DNA of 60,736 nucleotides, the filler included, from Globobulimina sp. (taxonomy: Eukaryota): the NCBI GenBank assembly GCA_003354225.1. It is 10 parts of 10 records of this genome, joined end to end, with 100 filler letters (N's around TTAATTAATTAA, not from the genome) between each part and the next. Parts side by side here need not be neighbours in the genome. Positions count along the whole stretch, not along the records: positions 1 to 5,997 come from PIVH01000381.1; positions 6,098 to 12,090 come from PIVH01000382.1; positions 12,191 to 18,178 come from PIVH01000383.1; 7 more parts are not named here. One strand, written 5' to 3'. Positions 1 to 12,720 of the stretch are shown piece by piece. The translations under genes were made by a program, and so were the position numbers. The notes under the pieces were generated by a model. That model searched no databases. It was not told where the DNA came from and saw only the letters and a program-made list of their open reading frames with translations. Within the stretch, counting starts at the first letter, position 1. Each line of letters opens with the position of its first letter.

Positions 1-30
1 CCAATGACTTTGTTGATGGATTAGACTTAT

Positions 31-193
31 TGAGCCTACACAAGTTAATTAGTCACTATGTGACTATTTGTGACTTTTTAGTGACAAAAACGAAATTGAG
101 CGACTATTTAGTAACTATAGAAAAACGGAAAATGGTAACTATTTAGGAAACCTAGGCAACTATTTAGGCGACTATTTAACTTGTGTAGGCTCA
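31..193. mobile_element. MITE (163 bp) with 26-bp terminal inverted repeats, inserted in the LINE endonuclease region
   Basis: 31-56 TGAGCCTACACAAGTTAATTAGTCAC matches the reverse complement of 168-193 at 24/26 positions, with the first 18 perfect. Internal repeats of (G/A)ACTATTTAG. No clean TSD seen. Confidence 0.85.
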
Positions 194-298
194 CTACCTC
201 GGAATGCAAATCCTTAATGTAAACAATCCATCATATACACACATACATAAGTCCTACCAAACTAAATCATCCATTGATCTGACATTAATTTCTGAGAA

Positions 299-412
299 GA
301 GCATCCGGTTTTATTGGGGTAAGGTGTAAGCAAACCGTTTCTGGTGACTGATAAAGGTAAAAATAATATAGGTTTGCCTTCGTTTCTCAGAAACAATAAA
401 AATCTGATGCTC
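299..412. mobile_element. Spy-like (PHIS group) MITE, 114 bp, no target-site duplication
   Basis: Termini GAGCATCCGGTTTTATT ... AATAAAAATCTGATGCTC are imperfect inverted repeats. Flanks are GAA|TTT. Exact removal restores the APE reading frame IDLTLISENLKHTKWCILHSLFDPLCSDH. Confidence 0.8.
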
Positions 413-3400
413 TTTAAAACATACCAAATGGTGTATCCTCCATTCACTATTTGATCCACTGTGCTCCGATCACGTTCCCATTATAACAACCTTTGAAGTT
501 GAAAACGTTTTTGGTTTTAGCGAGACAAAAAAAACCTGGAACCTCTCAAACCAAAGAAAATGGACAAAATACGCAGAAACATTAGAAATAAATATAAATG
601 ACACATCATTTGACGTAAATCCGAATATACACACTCAGCAATTAACATACATGTATCTTATTTTATACACTGCTGAACAGACAATTGGATATAAACACTA
701 TTATAGAGGCCACAAACCGTGGTGGAATAATAAAATAAAGAAACTCAAAAAGCAGTGCAAAAGATTACGAAGAAGAATTCAAAGAATTAAGAGAAACGCA
801 AAACGGAGATTCACGGATTTCCACATATTCCCAAGATATATCAAATTGAAATGTAAATTAAATAAAACCCAATCCAATAAATGCAAAGCAATAATAACTG
901 CGAAAAATGACTATAATTCCCGAATAAATAAATATATACAATCTTGTAAAGACTATGGAAGGCGCTTTTGGCGCACGATAAATAATAATAAATCGAATGG
1001 AATCAATACAAACAATATTCCGCCATTAAATTTTAAAAATGAACTGAATATAACGGATCCATATAAACAGGCAAAGGCTCTTCAAGAGGCTATGATGAGA
1101 CCTCCGAAACCTAAATCATGAATATTGGCATAATTATATAAACAAATTTGTCCCTGAATACTTGAATAAACACAGAAAAAACCCAATAAATAATGACATA
1201 AATAATATAATGCGTAATAAAACAGATAATAATTCACATTCACGAATAAAAACTCCCTCACAAATTGACACAAATATCCCAATAAAAAGTAATAAATACC
1301 AGATCCTGAATGATCCAATTCTTGATTATGAAATCCGGTCTGTAATAAGGAACCTAGATACACACAAAGCATATGGTCCTGACAGAATCCATAATCAGAT
1401 GATAAAACATGGAGGAGAGGCATTAATCGATTGCCTTCTTCCTCTGTTCAATAAATGTTTAACTAAAGGTGTGTTCCCAGGATATTGGAACTTCTCGCAC
1501 CTACTACCAATTCCAAAGCCACACAAAGACCATAGTAACCCGAAGAACTACCGGCCCATTGCCATATCATCCTGCCTTGGTAGGGTTTTTGAGAAAGTAC
1601 TGGCAAACAGACTACAACATTTTTGTGTGGAGAATAAAATTTTTGATAATTATCAGTGCGGATTTCAAATAAATCGATGCTGAGATGATGTCCTCACAAC
1701 CTTTATTACTGACATACAAACTTCGTTTGATATGGTCAGTGACACAGATGTTGTTTTTACGGACTTTTCTAAAGCTTATGATAGTGTTTGGCATAATGGA
1801 TTAATCTATAAATTAATTAAAAATAATATTAAAGGAAATATGTTGAATGTATTAGCATCTTTTATCCAATCTAGATTTACGAAAGTCATTGCCAAAAAAG
1901 CAGAGTCTAATTGGGTTGCTCAACCAATTGGCGTGCCCCAAGGATCTGCTCTCTCTCCTATCCTATACATAATTTTCACCAATGATTTTAAAATAAGTTT
2001 AGTTACTGGCGTTTATATTTTACTGTCAAATCTGGCATTAAATTAACGCCGTTATCCATTGCTATCCTTTATAAATCATTGGCGAGATCACGTATTGAAT
2101 ATGGATTAACTCATTATTTCCCATATGACTCCAATAATTTACTAAGTCTCCAAAATAAATTCCTCCGATTAGCGATTCCATGCAGATTAGATTCGCCTGT
2201 TGATATTCTACAGTTTATATTGAAAATTGAGCCAATTGAAAAAAGGGCACATTACCTAACCATGAGACAACTCGCCAGAGCATATTATAATAATTCCTAT
2301 CATCCATTACATAAAACGTATAGCGCGCTGTCAAAATACCGTCAAACTATACAAAATCACAAATATCGAAGAAAGTACAAGAACAAACCAAATAAATTCG
2401 TAAACTTAAATAAAAATCCTTTAATAATCGCGTCAAATTATTGCCAAACTAATTCACAAATTAAAGCCCTCACTCAGAATTTCGAAGAAATGAATAAAAC
2501 CCAAATAACTTCCTCTCCAACCTATAATTTAAGAAATCTCCCAACAAACTATTCAGTAAATCTATCCCCTGCTTCCCCGACGACACCGACAGATAATTCA
2601 ATCACAATTGCTTTTACAGACGGTTCTTGTGACCCTAATCCAGGAAAAGGAGGCTCTGCGATCTATATTCCCCCCCAACCATCGCATGAAACCCCTTTTA
2701 AACAACAATATTTCTTCAAAATACCTGTTACAATCACAACTGCGGAAATTGAGGCAATTCACATGATATTAAATTACATAATTCAATGTCCAAATAATTT
2801 GCATATTCATTATGAAATATATGTTGATAATTTGCCTGTGTTACAGTTTATAAATGGATTAAATTTCCAGAGATATAATGAAACAAAATTGATAATCGAG
2901 AATATATTCATCAAACTATTACAAATTCAACATAACAAACCGAATATATTTATAACTCTCATTAAAATTAAATCACATAATAATAATGAATTTAATGATG
3001 AGGTAGATAGATTAGCAAACTTTGGCCAAACACACGAGATTTGACCCGAATTTATATACAGAAATATCGTACAACACTACGATCACACAATAACATAAAC
3101 AAATTCGTTTCCAATGGAGTGACATATGGGCGCATAGAAATACACGATCCACTCAAGACAGCTATAAAATGTATCGTGCGAACCCATCCCTCCATAATAA
3201 ACTAAATAAAATAATTAAGCATTTAAATAAAGATGAATCAGCATTGATAAATAGAATCATTTCTGGCCATATCGAATTAAATCATTTTCTATTCAAACAT
3301 AAATTTACCGATACAGACAAATCCATAATTGACTCCCCAGATTGTGTTAATTGCGATTTACACGAAAGAGAAACAATTGATCATTACTTTTGTAAATGTC

Positions 3401-3638
3401 CCAGATATTCAAATCAACGCAACCGTCTAATCAATTCGATTCAAATAATATGGAGTGACTTTGGTAATGGAGGCGCATCTATTTAGATGAGCTATTCTAT
3501 CCATATACCATTCGTCGACCTCCTGACATTGAAAAAGAACTAGAAATAATGACTCAAGTTGGAATCTGGAAAAAACTTCTTCAATATGTAAAAGAAACAA
3601 AACGATTCAATTACCTGTACCAATTAATTGATTGGCTG

Positions 3639-5378
3639 AGCAAATATCGGAACTATGCATTTTCGATGAATGGAGAAACGGAACATGCAAAGTCAGATAG
3701 TTTCGTAATACTAGGCATGGAACTGGACAATCAGTGGACGTTTAACTTGCATGCAAATAAAATCCTAACTAATATGCGATTGATTAGACGCAAATGTTAT
3801 AAATTAATGGATGATAAACACAAGAATGTCAGAGCCGGAGTTATGAAGTATTTAATTGATGCAACAGCGATAGTATTATTAAACTACGCCGGCTCGACGT
3901 ATATTAATTTAATTAATAATAACAAAATAAGAGTGGAATATAATAAATTAATACGTGTATTCAACCATAAATTATACACATTATCGGACTTTGAACGAGC
4001 GAATTTTAATGGATTTAATACATTTGATACGTATGTAAAGAAATTAAATGCAAAATCATTTTCAAAATTGCTGAGATACAATGAAAATAATGCATTATTT
4101 CAAAAGAAAGAAAGATTTATAAAGCAAATAAAGCCATATTATAATAAAATAAGTAACGAACCGGATATCAAAGGAAAACTGAGGCAGATCCCAATGGACA
4201 AAAAAAAGGATAACATATTATGGCGTTGGTATATCAGTGCAATTGAATTAGGAACAATGGACTCAAAAACGTTTATATCCGGAGATTTTGTATATAGATT
4301 TCCGTATAATTTTGTACCGGAAACGTTGCCGAAATCGATAAAGTTCATTGAATATACCAATATGTGGAAGGATGAAATGTTGAAAAAGAACAATTTATAC
4401 TTCGTACCGGATGGCTCGGTATATTTCTATGACACAAATCCGAAAAATAGAATCTTTGGCACCGGTGGTTGTGCGCTAGTGGTATATTACGGAAATGTGA
4501 TAATTGATACAATCACTTTGCCGCTAAGCGTGCGAACCCATATTAATATCATGGAGTTTTATGTGTTATTGGAAGCATTAAAGTGGATAAACAACGAAGA
4601 AAACAAGGCAAAATATGTGAAAATAGCAGAAGGAATATCCATAATAACAGACAGCCAAAATTGTTTGAATATATTGGCGCAAAATAATACACCAAAAGAC
4701 GACGTAATCATAGCGCTATACATCAAAGCAAATGAGGAAATAAAAAAAATCGCAAAGTCCGATTATATCATAGATTTTATCAAATTTTATTGGGTGCATA
4801 GTCACTCAGAATCCACAATGAATGATATTGTGGATGAATTAGCAAAATGCGCGGCGGGAATGGTAAAGTTGTGTTTTACCGAAAAAATTGAGGATAAATA
4901 TGATAATGACAACCAATTAAACACCAATAATAAATCTGAGGATGACAATTGTATGGATAGTAACGTTCAAAATGATTTATTCCGTGACAAAAATCAACAT
5001 ATTATCAGTGGTGAATACAAAACATGGCTGAATCCAAACAGTCTCATCGCGTACAAAACAGTAAAATCGGAGATCAAATACCTCGCAAATGATTATGATG
5101 AGAAACAATGGAATGAAAACAAGCGAGTATTATATTATAATCGAGATCCATATGGATGGGGTAGACATTACTACCAAATGGACGTTAAATGGGACCCAAA
5201 GAAGTATGCACAAATAATTCCATATATAACATCCATGGAAAATGATATAAGGGTCATGTGTATGGCTGATCAGCTGCCCTTAAATGCGTACATGTCAATA
5301 AAAGCAAATAATTCAAATTATCAACCATGGTGTATACAGCACTACGAATGCATTAATCAGCAGTATGATGAAATGTAA
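3639..5378 (+). mobile_element. Fragment of a second RNase H-bearing LINE (family B): RT thumb, connector and RNase H
   Basis: VILGMELDNQWTFNLH thumb motif. RNase H motifs FVPDGS, IMEFYVL, ITDSQN, WVHSH and NDIVDELAK. Ends at the start of the Cys knuckle. Fused in frame to the end of family A. Confidence 0.85.
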
Positions 5379-5997
5379 AATGAAAAATAATTAATATTTT
5401 CTCTTCATTGGGAATTGATTGGCTGTGAATTTCATTCACGTAAAATCGTAAAACGGTCGTATTAATTAATATTTTCAACGACAATGAGTATGATTTGTAA
5501 ATATTTATAATAATATGATATTAATCATTGATTTATTATTGTTTGTTGTATAAATCACGAGTTTTCTGCTACAATTAATCAAAAATTAAATATCTCCATC
5601 AATCAATAAAATTATTTTTACTTTTACCCATTTTACCAATATACCATTTTACCCACAAAATAATGTATTAAAGTATTAACTTATTTTTATTAACAATTAA
5701 TAATATGTTTATTATTACATTTAATTATATCAAATTTATGGAGCGAGAATATCATATTTAAAGCAAGTAGAATGAAAATGAAATGATTTGAGATATCCAT
5801 ACAAAGTGCGGCTGTAATCAATAGTTTAATAATAATGCAACAATTATGTGCTATTATATGTGTATGTTACCATGCAGATATTTAATAATTCCCTTGTGTG
5901 AAAAGTAGTAGCCACAACAAATTATATTAAGTTAATTCTTTCAAAAAATGATGAAAATCTGGAAATTGATTCGTTGATAAAACATGTTGCATTGGGT

Positions 5998-6097
5998 NNN
6001 NNNNNNNNNNNNNNNNNNNNNNNNNNNNNNNNNNNNNNNNNTTAATTAATTAANNNNNNNNNNNNNNNNNNNNNNNNNNNNNNNNNNNNNNNNNNNN
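5998..6097. other. Artificial contig spacer 1
   Basis: 44 N + TTAATTAATTAA (stops in all six frames) + 44 N. Confidence 0.99.
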
Positions 6098-6108
6098 CTT
6101 GAATTAAA

Positions 6109-6723
6109 ATGGCAACAGTATTTCTCCACTTATTTGCTCTGTTGACTCATTCCTTATATTGCACTCCAATCGCACCTGATTATTATCAAAAATATCACCA
6201 AATTCAAATTTCAAACTGTTTAAGTGAATCATTAGTCTGTCCGCCAGGATTTATTGGAACACAGATTGCCTCTCAAGTTTATTATTATTACCCAAACCTA
6301 TCGGATTCCAGCACTGCAAAGGCCATTGCTCAGGACACATATGATTTATTGTCGGCAAATAATTCATTGAAATATAGTATGGATTACACATTTATTTATC
6401 AATACCCTAAGAATTACAATTATTTGCAAACCAAACTGTATTATATCGTTCCAAATGGGACATTCCAATCACAAATGCAGTGCTTTTATACATTGTTACC
6501 GAAGCAACAGTTACCTCCGCCAGATTGGTTAAGGAGCACTGCCGTATTCGCAGGAAATGCAACATATGCAACCATACCTTGCTATGCTTGGTATATTCAC
6601 AATGTTAACCAACAATTGTCACAATATCAATATACTGCAATTAACACAGACATGCAAACGTTTATTGGTGGCAAAGCTGGAGACATTTCTGCACCGACCT
6701 TCATCACCACATGGACATTTTGA
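6109..6723 (+). CDS. Secreted protein, possibly ependymin-related/LolA fold; C-terminus may be truncated
   Basis: Hydrophobic signal peptide MATVFLHLFALLTHSLYC and N-glycosylation sequons. The QCF..PPPDWL..A.F.G......CYAW pattern recalls EPDR-like families. The stop codon overlaps the piggyBac fragment. Confidence 0.55.
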   Translation: MATVFLHLFALLTHSLYCTPIAPDYYQKYHQIQISNCLSESLVCPPGFIGTQIASQVYYYYPNLSDSSTAKAIAQDTYDLLSANNSLKYSMDYTFIYQYPKNYNYLQTKLYYIVPNGTFQSQMQCFYTLLPKQQLPPPDWLRSTAVFAGNATYATIPCYAWYIHNVNQQLSQYQYTAINTDMQTFIGGKAGDISAPTFITTWTF

Positions 6724-7744
6724 TGGGACCCATAACTTCCTTGTATTCTCCATCAATTCTTCAACAAAGGAGAATAATTCGGGTCATCTCTATCTGTCGG
6801 ACACGCACTCAATGCCACAAACCTAAAATGTTTATGGAGTCTGGTAAAATCGTTCCGGCTCAAACAATCCTTCACTTCCGACAATTGTAAAAACTCAATA
6901 TCCGACCAAGCCTCTTCTATGGATCGATTGGAATGATTCAAATGATACACACAAACCAAATATGCCATTATCATACCTCTCCCATATTCTGTTTCGGGGA
7001 TATCGGTCCAATGCGCATCTCCCTTTATATGTGCATGCTCATTAGTTGCACGGATATTTTTATCTATCATTTCATCCGTGTAGGCCAATCTTGCTATGTC
7101 ATAACATGTGGTACCTTGTGGGAAACGCCTCTTTGGATATCCATAATCTTGTATTCCATGCCCACAACCAATATAATCATCTGCAGATTCCACACACACT
7201 TTATCAAAAATACCAGAAAATCGCTTGTAACTGCTCTGTCACTGTCATCATATTTTATAAATTTGCAACAGCGGCCTTTGTCGTAATAAATTGTATCATT
7301 ATTATTGTGATTGTTTTGCTGTCTTTGGGCTGCTTGATCGCTCCAAATAGCTTTCCAAGACACAAGTGTTTCCTCAAAAGTTGGTTCATTTGTTGGCGGC
7401 ATAACACTCGGAGGAAGAGGAGGAAGATCCGCTAAGGATTGGAGAGGTATATTTATCTCCGGAAAGGAGTGGAGATCAAACGTATTATTGTTATGATTTG
7501 AGGTGTTGGAATTTGAGGGAGGGGTGTTGGGATTTGATGTGTTGGAATCTGCGCGTGATGATATGCTCATCGCCTGAATTGATTGCTCAAGTTCATCAAT
7601 TTCAGGTTGTTTATAATCACACAAATCATCGTAATCTGCATCGGATGTGTGATAACCACCAATTGATACATCTGAAAAATCATCATACGGATCATATGAT
7701 GAATCTGAGCCACTATCTGAATATTCAGATATACTTTGAGACAT
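6718..7744 (-). mobile_element. piggyBac-like transposase, N-terminal fragment (pseudogene)
   Basis: Acidic Ser/Asp-rich N-terminus. WTDI..E...IMAYL...SIEEAWS...CLSRNDFTRLHKHFRF matches the DDE_Tnp_1_7 pattern. Continues after a frameshift as FVEELMENTRKLWVPSK and breaks before the catalytic D. Confidence 0.8.
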
Positions 7745-8491
7745 TAATTAAATGTCATGAACCACACAGCAAAACTCTGAACTCAAAACTTTGAACATTG
7801 TCATGGCTCAACACTCAAAAGGAAAAGATGAAACTTGTTGTGCAAGCTGCAAAACAAATGGAAATGAGATAAAAAAAGAAGATTACATCGCAGTACATGT
7901 GGCATTTTATGTAATATCGCATGCACAATATACATTCAGGGGAAAATCCGTCCACGGCGTGGTATATTACCGAAAAATGCGCGACGTCATATCAATGAAG
8001 GTGCATGCCATCAATTAGCCGGCATCGGCTATCCGCAATTCAAAAGTGGTAAATTCCATCCAATGTGTCCAGGCATTGTAGCATTGGCAAGGAAAGCTTT
8101 TCCTGACAACGCACCGATTGTACCGATATGCCCTTTTGATGAAGCGAGGATGTCTGGGAAAAAGAAAGATGATAAAAGGAAGGATGTCTGAATATGAAGT
8201 AATAAAAGAAAATAATATTATTACACAAAAAAAAACAATTAATGACCTCGTGGTGGTCATATCTAAAAAAAACCTTTTGTTTTATTCGTGAAACAATGGT
8301 TTCTATTATGTAATCAATCTCTTTCCTATCATCTTATGTTTATTGTTTGGTTGTTAATTATTTAAAGTTTTCTTTATAAGTTTTTAAGTTTTTAGTTTCT
8401 GTTTTTAAGTAATCAGTCTTGACACAGAAACAAGTGCGAAGTACTATTATTATTATTAATCGTCATTATATTGACTATCTTATTATAAACT

Positions 8492-11209
8492 ATGTCATTA
8501 CAAGCTATTGATTATGCTGCACAAGCGTTTGACAATGATGCTACGCGGCTTGTTATTCGCCAAATTATCAATGAAACGCGACCACCGGTCACTACTCAGA
8601 ATGCTCCATATTTACAACAAGTCATGCATGTGGCGGATAATATCAATCTTGGATTTAAAATGGAAAAATATGTTCGGACATTTCAAACTCCGATCGCAAA
8701 TTCAAATAATTTCACAGAAAAACAAGTATTTATATACAAAGCAGAACGCGATTTTACGCGGGATGGTGTTATCAGAAATTCAATCATCCGACAAGCAGTG
8801 GAAGGCACTGTCGATATTAAAAAGAATAAGAATCTATTAAAGGATATCACAATCCATGTCAGTGAAGATGACCAAGTATTGGTTGATCAAGGTGATATTT
8901 TGGCTGCTATGGTAATTAGAAAATATAGAGAGAGCATATTAGATATTTGCGCTGGCCATCTCTTTACCTTTCTATTAAAGCAAGATGTGCAATTTTTAAA
9001 TATTTTTCTTAATTTAATAATTGTTATTAAATCGTTTTTACAAAAAGGCGTCACCCAATCTGACGTTGACAAATATAATGCATACAAAGCGGATATTAAC
9101 ATTATAATTTCCAATCTATGGAATCCTGCGATTTCAAGATGGAATGAATGGAATGCAAGCACCAAGGCACCAAAAATCACAAATACAAATTCAGATAAGG
9201 TGCATCAAGAAACGTTTGGTTTATCAGACATTCGAATTGTTTATAAAAACACCAATTCATTAAATATGAAATCCACACAAACCAATCAATGGAACACATT
9301 TGTCACTCAATTAATAACTGAATTTAATAAAAACAATCGCATAAAACAATTATCCACAACAAAAAAACAAACACAAATACCTGCAACACCAAATACACAC
9401 ATTACAAATACAAATACGAATTCAGGTAAATCTATGCCGTCTGGTGGTTTTTCGTTGGATTGGCTGACAAATGGAAATACTCAAAATGTGAATGAGAATG
9501 AATCAGAAAACAAAGAAAATAATATGTTATCGAGATTAAATAAGAAAAATAAAACCCGCAATGCACGGATTCAATTACAGAGTGATAAAGAAAATAATAC
9601 AGATATCGCCGAAAATATTTATAATAAACAGCTTATAAATGGTGTCAAAATGATGGAGAATGAATTACGCCATAAATTACCGAAAGAAAATCCGAGTGCA
9701 TTGGTAACGAAATTAGATCATTTTCATCATGGCGTAGAAACAAAAGATGACAATGAGAGTACGGCGGAATTATTTAGAAAATACAGCGGTGGCAAAGTAA
9801 ATTTGCAAGATGTACAACAATCAATTATGAGTAGTTAAGTTATCTCGATATTGTTTGTATTTTGTTTTGTATTTTGTATAACTATTTTGTATTTCGTTTC
9901 TAATTTGTATAATTTGTATGATGTGGTTTCATAATAATTATAATTATCAGCAATGTGGGCAGTCAATGAAATTTCAAAAGAAAAAGCAAATCTTAAAATA
10001 GAGACTGCCGGCAAACTAAACACAAAAAATAGAGCGATGGCAAAAATATCATGGTATAACTTTGTATCTTATGGTGGCTGTGAAGTTTGGGGGTTATTAC
10101 GATATCTATCGTGCTCAAATCATATTGATTGGTCACTAAACCACTTTAGTATTGATTCGTGTATCAAGGAATACATCAACAAAGAGTCAGCCCTTACGGA
10201 CTTATTAAGTTTAATTAGCAATGCATTAAATGATTTAGCTGATACCCATAGGCATATAAATGGTGATGGCACTGAGATTATGACATCATTATTGTTATCA
10301 AAACAGGCATTACAATGGCAAAAGTTCACATCATGGGTCAAAAAAGAATTAAAACCCTGGATTGGTGGCAAAAAGGGTATCATTGCTCTAAATCATATCT
10401 TATCACAACGAAAGTATATTTGTGAGACGAGAGGAAAGAAATTTGTCAAAGCATTGGATGATGAAAATTATTTATTATCATGGAAATTAAAATTGATTGG
10501 TGGAGGATATGAAAAAAATGCGGAAACACGTGCCTTTGAAGTGGTACTAAACAAGGTTTCCTGCGATGTAATATCAACAAAGCTGGATAAAAAAGACAAA
10601 GACAGAGATTTTAAACAAGACAAACCACATAGACCGTGGCGTGGTGGTAATTATAGAGGTAAAGGAAGAGGTGGTGGTCGTTATAGAGAGCGGTATTTCG
10701 ATCGGAGAAGGGATCGCTTCTATGATCGTAAAAAAGATTACAAACAAAGAGATAGACATCAACGTGATTCGTATGATGACAGTCGTACAAAATCAAGAAG
10801 TCCGACAAGAAGACGAAGAGACAGATCACCACCAAAAAGACCTCGTGATGATAGAGATCAAATAAAATCAGAACCACCAATCAAAAAACAGAAATGGTCG
10901 GATAACTATGATTATATACATCAACCACAAACACAATCTGACACACAAACACAAGTAATGAAATACAAAAGATATCAAAAAAGAAAGATGGAATCGTATG
11001 AAACAGATCGAAATGGTAATATGTATGGAAGATCTGAAGATGTGCGATTTATTTGCAGACAATATGAAAGAGGCAAATGTTGGTTTATTGATCAACATCA
11101 ATTTTGCAGAGAACACCATATTTGTCGATGGTGCTATATGGTCAACAACCATATTGGTGATAAATGTGGCAAAAAAGACAAAGGAAGTGTCTATGGAGGA
11201 AGAAGATAA
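8492..11209 (+). CDS. Gag-like protein of a DIRS/Ngaro-type element, two exons (predicted intron 9831-9950), ~865 aa
   Basis: A GTAGTT...TATCAG AT-rich intron joins the two ORFs in frame (IM-T-MWAV). RG/RD/RS-rich region. C-terminal ICRQYERGKC..C..HHICRWC...H....C double finger, as in YR-retrotransposon Gags. Confidence 0.6.
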
Positions 11210-11801
11210 ATTTTGTATATTGTAAAAATTATTATTTTCAAATTGGTTGAATAATAATTAAATTCGCATTATTCTTTGTAATTTGCATATTACAAACTGA
11301 ATATTATGCAGTCATCTTAGGTGTCATTAACTACTTTGCAGTGGAGGTTATTGGTGATGATTTGTGATGAAATGTGATGAATAGTTTGCGTATTTCATGC
11401 ATGTAATCTTAAACTTCGTAGGTCTCTCTCAGTCAGATGCAGGTTTTAATGGTGTGGTAATTTCGAATACTCACAACCTGTTCTGAACGGTTTGACAAAT
11501 AAATTAGTTATTTATTAAGGGGGAGATTTACACTCATTTGAAATAATAGTTTGTGCCATCTTCGTTTGCAGACCATTAAGGATTATAAATGTATGACACC
11601 AATTATAAGTTGTTTATATAAACATTTTATGTGCAAAGTAGTTAATTAGTGTAGATGTTAATACTTCAACTGAATATTAACATTCATTGACATTTTTGCT
11701 GATGGTACATACTTAATACTTCTGCTGAAATTTCACATTTGCTGAAAATTATAATTATAAATGTTTAGGTATGAAAATAAAACTTATTTTATATTGTTAA
11801 G

Positions 11802-12090
11802 GACTTTTTCGATTTCCATCCCAATGGAATCTATTTTTATGGGATATTGTTCAAAAACGAATATTATTGGCATGTAAAACATTTAAATATGTACCACCGA
11901 AGATGCAAAAAGAAGTATTCCAACGTTTTTTATTACAAAGCATCAAAGAATTGTACAAAAGAAATGATTCGACATTGAATGAAAAAATTGATTTTATGAT
12001 AAACAATATTAAATATGGTTGGTCCTTGGATATCGATGAGAGATTCAAAAATGAAATGAATCAAAGAGTCAGAGAAACAAAGGTTTTTTT
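11802..12090 (+). mobile_element. Possible N-terminus of a DIRS/Ngaro RT ORF, cut by the contig end
   Basis: Open frame LFRFPSQWNLFLW...IDFMINNIKYGWSLDI resembles the W...L...FL..GI..GF.I segment preceding DIRS-type RT. It follows the gag-like gene on the same strand. Confidence 0.4.
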
Positions 12091-12190
12091 NNNNNNNNNN
12101 NNNNNNNNNNNNNNNNNNNNNNNNNNNNNNNNNNTTAATTAATTAANNNNNNNNNNNNNNNNNNNNNNNNNNNNNNNNNNNNNNNNNNNN
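12091..12190. other. Artificial contig spacer 2
   Basis: Same 100-nt N/TTAATTAATTAA linker. Confidence 0.99.
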
Positions 12191-12679
12191 GAACATGTAA
12201 TAAAGATTTACGGCTTTTATTTTTAATGTGTCGAATGTAACACGATCGATATAGATAAAGTAAAAGTTTTTGATTCAATAAATATTAAATACCAAATAAC
12301 AAAAGAAAAATATTTAAATGAGAAAGGTATTGATATCCAAAAAAAATTGAAACAAAATATGGATTTAATTGATATTTGTAATCAGTATTATGATGGTTGT
12401 GATTGTTGGCTATTTTATGCTGAAAGAATGCAATTATATTTACATTCAAAATTAAAACAATACCAATCGTCGTACGACTGTGTTATTGACGCTGTTAAAT
12501 ATTATGTTATTTATCATGGTATTATTGAAAATATACAGTTTGGCGCTTATCTTTCAAATACAGATTTACATGAAATGATTAAACGAAATCAAGACAGTTT
12601 TCCTGTAAATTATCAACAAAAAATAACTAAATTTTTATTAAAACAAATTTCTTATGTTATTTTATTTGACACTGTGTAA
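12191..12679 (+). pseudogene. 3' fragment of a hypothetical protein gene
   Basis: 110-aa ORF whose frame extends to the contig start across one TAA. No recognisable motif. Confidence 0.3.
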
Positions 12680-12720
12680 AAATATAAAGTGTTTTTCGTT
12701 TATCTGAATTGTCGGATATT

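Larger units (their letters stand above)
1..3625 (+). mobile_element. Degenerate APE-RT-RNase H non-LTR retrotransposon (LINE family A), ORF2 pseudogene
   Basis: APE motifs SSIDLTL (~268-288) and CSDHVPI (~462-482). RT motifs KAYGPDRIHN, NYRPIAISSCLGRVFEK, FTDFSKAYD and GVPQGSALSP. RNase H motifs FTDGS, AEIEAI, VDN, KSH and NDEVDRLA. C-terminal CVNC..ETIDHYFCKC knuckle. Contains several frameshifts, in-frame stops (e.g. TGA 1681) and a deletion near 1998 that removes the YADD motif. Confidence 0.93.

Noticed and set aside
5430-5997. AT-rich region with TTTTACC(C)A repeats, as a possible telomere-like tract
   Set aside because: Only about three imperfect copies and no sustained array.
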